Source of the DNA: Cyanobacteria bacterium auto_48_18
Lineage (GTDB): Bacteria; Cyanobacteriota; Vampirovibrionia; Obscuribacterales; Obscuribacteraceae
Reading direction: 5' to 3'
DNA: 64,000 nt
Assembly: GCA_036170915.1 (NCBI GenBank)
Contig: JAVHQC010000033.1
Location: forward strand, 192,001 to 256,000
The notes under the pieces are model-generated. The model was not told where the DNA came from. It made no database searches and was given only the letters and a program-made list of their open reading frames with translations. Made by a program: the position numbers and the translations under genes. This document shows, piece after piece, positions 8,786 to 17,039 of this stretch; the stretch's first letter is position 1; each line of letters opens with the position of its first letter.

Positions 8786-10145
8786 GGTTTTGCTCCTTGC
8801 TGCACTCGGAGCTGCGTAATTCGGCGCTGCGCAAATCAGCGTTACGTAATTCGGTTGCGATTAATTTCACTAGCGGGCCGGAAAGATTTTCAGGATAGCC
8901 ATGCAGTTTAATTACGCTATCTGTAGCACCAGGAAGTGCGTTCGTCGCCACTATCTGTGGTGCTACCCACTGCAGGGTAACAACATCATAAAACTGATGT
9001 ACTCCATCTCTTTCTCTGTAGCCATAAAGAGGTAGGTAACTGTGGAAAACAAAACCAGAGGCACGCAGGTGATCTATTACTTCCAGCGCTTGTGGTTCAT
9101 TGGCCGGTACACGCACCAAGATGTAGCGTTTATCTTTTTCTTTGACACTCTTGACGGCTTCACTGAGAGCTGCGGCGTCAAATTTGAAATCAGGTTGGTA
9201 GACAATATAACTATGGCCGAAACCATCTTTATAGTCGATGGTTAAGTGAGCTGATGCGGCGTCAGCGTTCTGCTCTGCTTGATTTTCTTCATTATCAACC
9301 CGCTGGAAAAATTTGCTCTTGACGCTTCTATCGAGCAAATCTTCGAATTGAAATAAAATTGATTGCACTATGGGCGCATAGTCATGAGGTACATAGGCTG
9401 TGCGATGCTGCAGAACTTCCGCCACTAATTGCAAATGCTCTTCGCTCAAGCGTCCGTCTGCAAGTTTAATTGAGCCCTGTGCTTGAGCTGTTAGCACTGC
9501 CTGCACCACATCACTGGTGGTGTTGCCTAACTTACGGCCCAGAGTGCTGCGAATTTGCTTAATGGCACTGACTAGTTTGCCTTGAAAACGTGTCACCCAC
9601 AAAACTGACTCAGGGTGATTGACAAAAAATACTGAAGGATAGTGGCAGAAAGCAAAACCGACGATATTGCGAAAACCTGCCTGGAAATGGGCAGCCTGGC
9701 TGGCAAGGCTGTGGGTCACCAGTTCGGTGCTGTTGATGGTGAGCGCCGTGGCTTCGGTAATATCTCTCAGGCCGTCTACCAGCGCAGAACCTATGCGCAT
9801 ACCGCGACAATCACGCCGCACTGCCATGCTGTTGTGCTCGATGTGGAACGGGCTCAGCCGGTCGGCCACCATAGCACCAACAATGCGGTCATTGTGTTTG
9901 GCTACGGCAATCATGCGCTCTTCCGCCAGAAGTGTGGCTTTTACACCAGCCTCAGAAAAAAGGTCGCTGTCAGGATAAGCTTCTGCTCCGGGTTGGCCTA
10001 CGCCACCAACACCAAGAGCGGCTTCGTACATTGTGGCAATATCTTGACTGAGGGTATCAGCATGGTCGCGAGTGGCGGCAAAGACCTGCACTTTTTCTTC
10101 TGGTTTGCTTTCCACATATTCTGGCATCAAGCTTGGAGCTGGCAT
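8772..10145 (-). CDS. GNAT-fold N-acetyltransferase-like protein with a C-terminal extension
   Basis: MAVRRDCRGMRIGSALV is an acetyl-CoA binding motif A, followed by SQAAHFQAGF. Start is ATG 10145 (GGAGG upstream) or 10127 (TGATG overlap). The longer ORF start lies inside the upstream gene. Confidence 0.65.
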   Translation of the reverse strand: MPAPSLMPEYVESKPEEKVQVFAATRDHADTLSQDIATMYEAALGVGGVGQPGAEAYPDSDLFSEAGVKATLLAEERMIAVAKHNDRIVGAMVADRLSPFHIEHNSMAVRRDCRGMRIGSALVDGLRDITEATALTINSTELVTHSLASQAAHFQAGFRNIVGFAFCHYPSVFFVNHPESVLWVTRFQGKLVSAIKQIRSTLGRKLGNTTSDVVQAVLTAQAQGSIKLADGRLSEEHLQLVAEVLQHRTAYVPHDYAPIVQSILFQFEDLLDRSVKSKFFQRVDNEENQAEQNADAASAHLTIDYKDGFGHSYIVYQPDFKFDAAALSEAVKSVKEKDKRYILVRVPANEPQALEVIDHLRASGFVFHSYLPLYGYRERDGVHQFYDVVTLQWVAPQIVATNALPGATDSVIKLHGYPENLSGPLVKLIATELRNADLRSAELRSSECSKEQNHAGK

Positions 10146-11734
10146 TGCACCTCCGGGCTGCGGGCCTGCGAAGCGCTGTTTAGGGCCAATATATGTTTGG
10201 CCACATTGTGACCATTGGCGGCAGTGACATTGCCACCAGGGTAGGTGCCTGCACCGCAAAGATATAAATTATCAAAAGGAGTTTCATAGGGTGCGCAATC
10301 AGGCAAACTGCGTTTCTCAAACAAATATTGAGGAGTCATCGGCATGTGCCAACACGACAGAGAGGCCAGATTAAAGGCTTCCGCCAGTACCCTTGGTGAT
10401 ACCACATAACTTTGCTCTATCAATTGACGAATTTCAGGACATTGCCCTTCAATGGCAGCAATGGTCAATTCAAGCAGTTGTTCATCGTCGGCCTGGCTCC
10501 AGGCCTTGCCATCTATTTGGGCGGGCACATAATGTACGTCCACAGTCAGCACATGTTTGCCGCTGTGCTCAGCCCGATTATCAGCCATAGAAGGGTCTTC
10601 GAGCGTGGGAAATGCCATGGTCAGCATTAAGCGCTCTGGCATATTGCCGCCGGGCACGGTATGAGAAGCTTGCTTAACAGCACTCAGGGGTGGAGCAACT
10701 ACAATCACGCCTTTGTGATTATGGTCAATTTGTTTCAGTGTTGTAAAAGTCGGCAATGCTTTCAAAAGGAAATGCAATTTGGCGGCTGAGACCTTGGGGC
10801 GGTTTTCGCTCAAATAATGGCGAATGGCTTCAGTGGCGGGTTGCTTGTCTAGCAATTTCTCAAAGAGTATGTAGCTATCGCAATTGGCAATGACAATGTC
10901 AAAACTTTTCTTTTCGCCGTTTTCAAATTCAACAGCGGCAATGCGGCCGGCTTCAACCACCAGACGACTGACACCATGGCTGGTGTGCAGCGTGGCACCA
11001 TGAGCTTGCGCAACTTTTGCCAGAGCTTGAGTTATTTCACCCATGCCCCCATAAACCTGCCCCCAGGCGCCAAATTCGCCTTTGGTTTCGGCGGTGCCGT
11101 GGTGAATGCAGCCAAAAACCGAGCCCACTACATTAACAAAGCCTGGTGTGCAAGTGGCTGCCACAGCCATTAAGTCTTCACTCTGAATATAATGTTTGAG
11201 CAGGTCAAGTAGACTGCCTTCGAAAATGTGGGCAGCAATTTTATCTAGTTTTGCTTCAAGCAAAAGTGACACCACTTGCTTTTGCGTCAGATCGCTTTTG
11301 AGATAACGCGGATAGATAAGTGCAGCGGCTTTCTGCATGTCGCCCCAGAAGCGCTGCCAGCCTTCTTTATCTGCACCTGTGAGCGAGGCAATTTCCGCTC
11401 TGGCTTCCCCACCATCTCGAGGGGTGAAAGAAAATTGTCCACCGTCGAGCAAAACAATTTCAATTGGGTCGGTTAAGTATGGCTTGAGACCATGCTCTTC
11501 TAAACTAAGCTCTTGCACAATTTCTTTGCGCACCATACCGAAATATGATGCCACTGTTGAAACTTTGATTTCGCTGCCGAATGCGGCAAATGGCTTTTCG
11601 GTGACACAGAGACCACCCAGGCTATTGCGTTTTTCAAAAACATCAACTTTATAGCCGGCTTGGGCCAGATATGCAGCAGCGGTCAGACCATTGTGGCCTG
11701 CTCCGACAATCGCGATTGTTTTTGCTGCGGTCAT
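10127..11734 (-). CDS. FAD-dependent oxidoreductase, phytoene dehydrogenase-like family
   Basis: IVGAGHNGLTAAAYLA...EKR..GG, GGMGEITQAL, NLYLCGAGTYPGGNVTAANGHN. Confidence 0.88.
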   Translation of the reverse strand: MTAAKTIAIVGAGHNGLTAAAYLAQAGYKVDVFEKRNSLGGLCVTEKPFAAFGSEIKVSTVASYFGMVRKEIVQELSLEEHGLKPYLTDPIEIVLLDGGQFSFTPRDGGEARAEIASLTGADKEGWQRFWGDMQKAAALIYPRYLKSDLTQKQVVSLLLEAKLDKIAAHIFEGSLLDLLKHYIQSEDLMAVAATCTPGFVNVVGSVFGCIHHGTAETKGEFGAWGQVYGGMGEITQALAKVAQAHGATLHTSHGVSRLVVEAGRIAAVEFENGEKKSFDIVIANCDSYILFEKLLDKQPATEAIRHYLSENRPKVSAAKLHFLLKALPTFTTLKQIDHNHKGVIVVAPPLSAVKQASHTVPGGNMPERLMLTMAFPTLEDPSMADNRAEHSGKHVLTVDVHYVPAQIDGKAWSQADDEQLLELTIAAIEGQCPEIRQLIEQSYVVSPRVLAEAFNLASLSCWHMPMTPQYLFEKRSLPDCAPYETPFDNLYLCGAGTYPGGNVTAANGHNVAKHILALNSASQARSPEVQCQLQA

Positions 11735-11743
11735 TTTAATTCT

Positions 11744-13015
11744 CTAGTTCGTGGCTGCTTGTAATACTTCCACCAGCTGATCGATTTCAGCTTTGGTGTT
11801 ATAAGCGTGCATGCTCACTCGCAAATAATCCTCTTCGCCTTCGCCTTTTTTCTCAGTGCAGTGATCACCCGCTCTGACGAAGATTTTTTCGGCGTCCAGT
11901 AAGAAAGTAAGGTCAAGGGCGGCCACTTGCTCAAAGCGGAATGAAATAATGCCGAAGCCTGAGTCACATCCGCAAATGCCGATGCCCGGCGCGAATGCCA
12001 GACCAGGCAAGTCCATAAGTTTCTGCCAGAGATATACAGTAAGTTCGCTCAATTGTTTTTCAATGGCTTCAATACCAATTGATTGAATGAAGTCCACGGC
12101 TTTGCCCAGCGACAAAATGGCAGGAATATTGAGAGTGCCGCACTCAATTAATTGATGCATCGACTTAGCCGAATACTCCAGACCGTTTTCGGTGATCGAA
12201 ACTGGGCTCTGGCCACCAAGGCGAACTGGCTTGATTTTAGCGGCGATGCGAGGGGAGATATAAAGCCCACCTACACCAGGGGCTGCGAACATTTTGTGTC
12301 CTGAAAACGAAATCATGTCGACAGGCAGTGTCTGGGCGTCTACTTTTGTATGACCCACGCTCTGGCTGGCATCAAGCGAAATCACCACATCATCGCCAAC
12401 AATTTCGCGAATTTTTGCAACTTCCATGTCTAGGCCGAATACGTGGTGCACGTGAGCCATAGCCAGCACTTTAGTGCGAGGAGAGATTTGAGCCTTGATG
12501 CTCTTTAAGTCATAGTCGCCCACTTCGTGAATGGTGAAGTGTTTGATGTGAATGTTTTTGCCTTGAGCCTGCAGCATCTCTTGCACGTTGTACCAGGGCA
12601 AGACTGCTGATTTATGATCTTGCTGGCAAAGCATGACTTCATCGCCGTCTTCCAGATTGTTGAGGCCATAGCTAAGTGCCGCCATATTGAGGCTGTCTGT
12701 GGCACCACCTGTGAAGACCAGGTTTTGCACTTCGCAATTAAGAAATTGCGCCACTTTGTTTCTTGTCTCTTCAATATCGCGAGTCAGTTGTGTTGACCAC
12801 GAGTATGAGGCGCGACCGGCATTAGCGCAGCGATTGGTGTAATAGTCGAGCAGTTCGTCTACAACTATTTGCGGCTTTTGCGTTGTGCTGGCGCTGTCAA
12901 AATAAATTAGATCAGGATGGTTAGCAAAAATAGGGAAGTGTTTTCTGAAACTCTCCACGTCTAAAGTGTTTGCAGTATTGGTGGTATCTTGCTCTTGAAT
13001 TTGACAGCTGGTCAT
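11744..13015 (-). CDS. SufS/CsdA-type cysteine desulfurase (class V PLP aminotransferase fold)
   Basis: YFDSASTTQKP, DASQ, FSGHKMFA (PLP lysine) and VRAGDHC (catalytic Cys of group II desulfurases). Confidence 0.85.
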   Translation of the reverse strand: MTSCQIQEQDTTNTANTLDVESFRKHFPIFANHPDLIYFDSASTTQKPQIVVDELLDYYTNRCANAGRASYSWSTQLTRDIEETRNKVAQFLNCEVQNLVFTGGATDSLNMAALSYGLNNLEDGDEVMLCQQDHKSAVLPWYNVQEMLQAQGKNIHIKHFTIHEVGDYDLKSIKAQISPRTKVLAMAHVHHVFGLDMEVAKIREIVGDDVVISLDASQSVGHTKVDAQTLPVDMISFSGHKMFAAPGVGGLYISPRIAAKIKPVRLGGQSPVSITENGLEYSAKSMHQLIECGTLNIPAILSLGKAVDFIQSIGIEAIEKQLSELTVYLWQKLMDLPGLAFAPGIGICGCDSGFGIISFRFEQVAALDLTFLLDAEKIFVRAGDHCTEKKGEGEEDYLRVSMHAYNTKAEIDQLVEVLQAATN

Positions 13016-13065
13016 TCGTTTTTCCTGTGAACTGTGAACTATGTAAGTACTATTTTTTGTGATTG

Positions 13066-14445
13066 TTATTTTGAGCCTGAACCCATGCCTACCAAACTTT
13101 TTCTTACACCATCTTGCTTGGCCCGCTCTGTGGTCTTACCGGCGTCGCGCCAGCCCACAAAGCCACCTTCCAGGCTGCTCACATCCACACCCTTGGTTTT
13201 GAAGTAAGCGGCGAAGCGTTTCGATACTTCACCGGTGGGGCAAACCAGTACAACTTTCTGGTCGTTGGCAAATGGCACGCCCATATCAGCAATGTCTTCC
13301 AAACCGTCTGTAGGAATGTTTAGTGAGCCTGGTATGCGTGAAGCTTTAAAGGCAAGGCTGCCACGCATATCAACAATCAGTGGCTTGACGCTCTGAGCGA
13401 GCAGACTCTCTAATTTGTCGCAGTCGACTTCAGGAGCGTTGTCAGTTTGCTCTTTGGTGATCGCTTTGAGCGAATCTTTTTTCACTGCCAGACCAAATAA
13501 TTCTGGTCTGTATTTTTGCAGGTAAGAGAGATACCACTCAACGCGGTCACATGCGATGAAGACGGCGTTGTGTTTGCGTGTCAACGTACCGTCAATATCT
13601 TTGAAATATTTGAGAGCGGCGGCGAGGCTGCCACCACCAGTAGGCCCGGCTAAAATGCCGCACTTGCGAATCAGATCGAGCATGGCATCAATTGATTCGT
13701 CCATTGAGACTTCAATAATATCGTCGTAGAAGTCTTTTCTGAACAAGCCTACTTCGTACATTTCATCAACGTTTCTGATGCCCGGCAGCAGTTGACCTTT
13801 GCTGGCGATAACACCAACGTTTATCATTTTCTCATTCTTTTCTTTGAGAAAAGTGCCGGCACCACGGGTAGAGCCCGTTGTGCCCAGGCCACCGATGAAA
13901 TAGTCTACTTCGCCGGCATTTGCGGCCTGCAAATCTTCCCAGACTTCGCGCCCGGTAGAGTTGTAGTGAGCATGGATATTTTTTTCGTTGGTATATTGCG
14001 AGGTGTGGAAATATTTGCCGGGGCTGGCCGACATAATTTGCTCGATGAAAGTGATTGGATCGTTAGGGTCGGTAGGATCTGGACATTCGGACAAACCGGG
14101 CAATTCGTCAACGTCAGCGCCCAGCAGTTGCAAAATTTGTTTGACTTCGCGCACCTTGATGCGGTTTGTCACGATTTTGAAAGGCACACCATAAGCTGAA
14201 CAGACCAGTTGCATGGCTTTAGCCATGTTGCCGCTTGATGATTCAATGACGGTTTTGCCTTCTCTGGCGATTTGTTCAATATCGTCTTTGAGCACATTCC
14301 ATGCGCTCTTATCTTTAACCGAGCCAAAAGGATTCAACAACTCGAGCTTGGCGTAGAGATTGATATTTTTTAGACCATGCACTTGCGGCGGTATTTCGAA
14401 CAATGGTGTATTGCCGATTAGCTCACTGACATGTTTGACTAACAT
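13066..14445 (-). CDS. Cysteine synthase-like PLP enzyme fused to a C-terminal rhodanese domain
   Basis: IGNTPL, NPFGSVKDK, ESSSGN, GLGTTGS. C-terminal IVDMR..IPGSLNIP..VLVCPTGEVS..SLEGGFVGW is a rhodanese domain with its active-site Cys. Confidence 0.88.
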   Translation of the reverse strand: MLVKHVSELIGNTPLFEIPPQVHGLKNINLYAKLELLNPFGSVKDKSAWNVLKDDIEQIAREGKTVIESSSGNMAKAMQLVCSAYGVPFKIVTNRIKVREVKQILQLLGADVDELPGLSECPDPTDPNDPITFIEQIMSASPGKYFHTSQYTNEKNIHAHYNSTGREVWEDLQAANAGEVDYFIGGLGTTGSTRGAGTFLKEKNEKMINVGVIASKGQLLPGIRNVDEMYEVGLFRKDFYDDIIEVSMDESIDAMLDLIRKCGILAGPTGGGSLAAALKYFKDIDGTLTRKHNAVFIACDRVEWYLSYLQKYRPELFGLAVKKDSLKAITKEQTDNAPEVDCDKLESLLAQSVKPLIVDMRGSLAFKASRIPGSLNIPTDGLEDIADMGVPFANDQKVVLVCPTGEVSKRFAAYFKTKGVDVSSLEGGFVGWRDAGKTTERAKQDGVRKSLVGMGSGSK

Positions 14446-14511
14446 TTTGAATTATCTCCGAGTGTTCTACAAAGGTTTGTGGTCTGAAACTATAGGAAAA
14501 CTATAAGTAGA

Positions 14512-16044
14512 TTAGGGCAACTCTTCCCAGTAAGGCACATACTCTGAATCGAGCATCCAGGTGAATTTACCCTGGCGCTCCATTACTGCTACTTTCTTAG
14601 CAATAGGATGCATGATTGAAGTAGAAGCCGAAAAGTCCATGAAATAACCGGCACTGTTGACGAATACGACTAAATCGCCTGGTTTGGGCAACTTTTTCAC
14701 ATAAGTCAAATGGCGGTAAATCAAGTCAGATTCCAGGCAGAGGTTACCGGCAAAATAAACACCGACTGGCTGAGCGTCTGATGATTCCGGTGTGGGATCT
14801 TTTTCGATTACTACCGGATCAACAAAGATTTCTTGATCAAGGAATGATATATCCTGGCGTTTCATATTCAGGCAAATGATTGGTTCATTGCGGCTTGACG
14901 TGCGGACCGAGTTAACCCGAGCGACAGTAATGCCTGTTTGTTCAACCAGTGAGCGGCCCGGTTCGATCCAGAGCTCAATCATATTGTCGCGAATGATACT
15001 GGCAGCAGTGGCGTCACCTAAATTGGCAAAGCGCTGGCTGAGCAATTCATCTAAGAAATCACCACCAGTCTCGGTATCAAAATAGCTGTAGCTATTGAAA
15101 TTGCCTTTCAACTTGCCCTTGTCTGACGACATGCCAAAGGCGTTGTTGTGCCAGGTCATGGTTGGTCTAGTGCCGAGCACTGACTCTTTCAGGGCGCTGA
15201 CATAAGCGTTCCATTCATCTTCGTTCTCTAAATAATTGACTTTGTAGCCACCGCCGATATTTAGTACGCGTGGTTCAAAGTCTCTGCTTAGCGCTTCTTC
15301 GAAAAGCTCAAGGCAATTTTCAATGGCAATGGCGCGCTCTAGAACACTGACTGTATCTAAGTGGAAGGAAAAACCGAGCAATTCCACTTCTTTGCGATTA
15401 GCTTCTAAAATATCAAAAGCAATGTTGGCTTCTTTTAGAGGCACACCAAAACGGCTGCCTTTATTGAGAAACTTACTGTGATTGGCTTCAAAACCAGAGA
15501 GGCGAAGGAGAATTTTGGTCGCCTTCTTCACTTTGAGCACTGCTCGCAGTGTCAAAATCATCTTTAGTTCAGAGATGCTGTCTACTGCAATGGTGATGCC
15601 CTGTTGAATGGCCAGACCAAGAAACTCTGCGTTTTTTGGCCCGGTGGCTTCGATGCGGCTAGCATCAAAGCCGCTACCCAGAGCGTGTCTTAATTCATTG
15701 ACTGAGCTGACATCGAGATTGGCGTTTTCAACCGCCAGGCGCCTTGTTAATGAATCAGATTGATTGCATTTGTGTGCGAAGAATATTTTGCCGATTACAT
15801 TGAGGTCGCGGAATGTTTTTTGAAAACCTTCCACATTCTCGCCAATCAGTTCAGGGAACAGCACATTCAGTGGGCTCCCGAGAGCGCGGGTGAGCTCAAG
15901 CAATGTCTCTCTTTCCGCCAGAAATTTCTTTATCAGCGGGTGGATTTTTGGCGTCAGAACAAGATTTTCTGGCGCTCTTTCTGCTTTTATCTGTTCTAAA
16001 TTAGATACTGGAGTTGTAATTGACATTTTATTCTCGTTTAACAC
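14512..16044 (-). CDS. Type III PLP-dependent decarboxylase, diaminopimelate decarboxylase/Y4yA-like family
   Basis: FFAHKCN (PLP Lys), DVSSVNEL, SRFG, FHLD, LNIGGG, IEPGRSL, GNLCLESD, GDLVVFVNSAGY. Start is GTG 16044 or ATG 16026. Confidence 0.85.
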   Translation of the reverse strand: MLNENKMSITTPVSNLEQIKAERAPENLVLTPKIHPLIKKFLAERETLLELTRALGSPLNVLFPELIGENVEGFQKTFRDLNVIGKIFFAHKCNQSDSLTRRLAVENANLDVSSVNELRHALGSGFDASRIEATGPKNAEFLGLAIQQGITIAVDSISELKMILTLRAVLKVKKATKILLRLSGFEANHSKFLNKGSRFGVPLKEANIAFDILEANRKEVELLGFSFHLDTVSVLERAIAIENCLELFEEALSRDFEPRVLNIGGGYKVNYLENEDEWNAYVSALKESVLGTRPTMTWHNNAFGMSSDKGKLKGNFNSYSYFDTETGGDFLDELLSQRFANLGDATAASIIRDNMIELWIEPGRSLVEQTGITVARVNSVRTSSRNEPIICLNMKRQDISFLDQEIFVDPVVIEKDPTPESSDAQPVGVYFAGNLCLESDLIYRHLTYVKKLPKPGDLVVFVNSAGYFMDFSASTSIMHPIAKKVAVMERQGKFTWMLDSEYVPYWEELP

Positions 16045-17019
16045 TTAAACCGTAGTTAGACTTTTTACTCGGTCTAAGACTTTCTCGTAAGTGAAGTCCT
16101 GGTCGAGGCCGCTGTCTAATTTTTGATCAAAATAATCATCTAACCAGTCGCGGCAAACTTTAGTGTGAGTAGCTCTCAAGCGCGTCAGGTAGTCAGTCCA
16201 GTTGCGCTTTTTGCTTTCTAGAGTATTGAGAACTTTTTCGAAGACCAATTCTTGTTCTTTCATGAAATCATCAAGTGCTTCACGTTTGCCCTGTTCAAAG
16301 CGCTTCAGATGGCGTGATTGTGGCACTGCACCAAGCAATTTTTCTTGGCCTACATGTTTGATGATGAATAGTTCGTCTTCAGGGGTATCGACTTTGTTGG
16401 CAATTACATAAGTGCGCTCTGCCAGGTGCGGAGCTACTTGCAGATAATCAAGATAGACTTGAACAGATTTTTTGGTTGGCTCAACCACAAAGACGTTCAT
16501 GTCATAAGCGAACGAAAGTGAAGTGGCCACATTGTCGGTACCGGCAGTAGTGTCAGCTACGACAACATCGCTATCACCATCAAGCAAATGATGGAAGAAA
16601 GACTGCAAACCGGTGAGCTTAACGTGATAGCAAGCCCCACCCACATCACTTTCTTTGTAAGTACCCACTGTTAAAAGTGCTATATTACCGCTGGTTTGCG
16701 CATATTTTTTGATTAGCGGATCGCTCGCGCTGACAGCGATGAAATTTGATTTCAGCGAAGGTGGAGTGGTACCAACCATGGTAAGTTCGCCCAGGTCTGT
16801 TCTTTCACCTTTCAAGTAGGTGATGATTTCTTCTTTTACTTCGCCTAATTCGTGTGCTTCGCCTTGCAAATTCTCAAGGTGCAGTGCTCCACGCAGGTGG
16901 GCGTTAACATCGGCATCAATAGCCAGTACATATGGTTTTTTCTTGGCCAGATAGCGAATAAAACCAGCTGCTGTAGTGGTTTTACCGGCGCCGCCTTTTC
17001 CTAGAAATGCAATTCTCAT
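16045..17019 (-). CDS. CooC/MinD-like P-loop ATPase (paralog 1)
   Basis: MRIAFLGKGGAGKTT, IDAD, GGACYH, DTTAG, IANKV. Clearly paralogous to 7272-8285. AGGAG RBS. Confidence 0.8.
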   Translation of the reverse strand: MRIAFLGKGGAGKTTTAAGFIRYLAKKKPYVLAIDADVNAHLRGALHLENLQGEAHELGEVKEEIITYLKGERTDLGELTMVGTTPPSLKSNFIAVSASDPLIKKYAQTSGNIALLTVGTYKESDVGGACYHVKLTGLQSFFHHLLDGDSDVVVADTTAGTDNVATSLSFAYDMNVFVVEPTKKSVQVYLDYLQVAPHLAERTYVIANKVDTPEDELFIIKHVGQEKLLGAVPQSRHLKRFEQGKREALDDFMKEQELVFEKVLNTLESKKRNWTDYLTRLRATHTKVCRDWLDDYFDQKLDSGLDQDFTYEKVLDRVKSLTTV

Positions 17020-17039
17020 GGTCTTTTCTCCTGCCCTTT

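Noticed and set aside
10127..11734. Carotenoid biosynthesis (crtI)
   Set aside because: Only family-level similarity, with no crtB, crtE or crtY nearby.
7272..17019. CO dehydrogenase or Fe-S (suf) maturation locus
   Set aside because: No cooS/acs, sufBCD or scaffold genes are present, and the ATPases have CxH rather than CxC.
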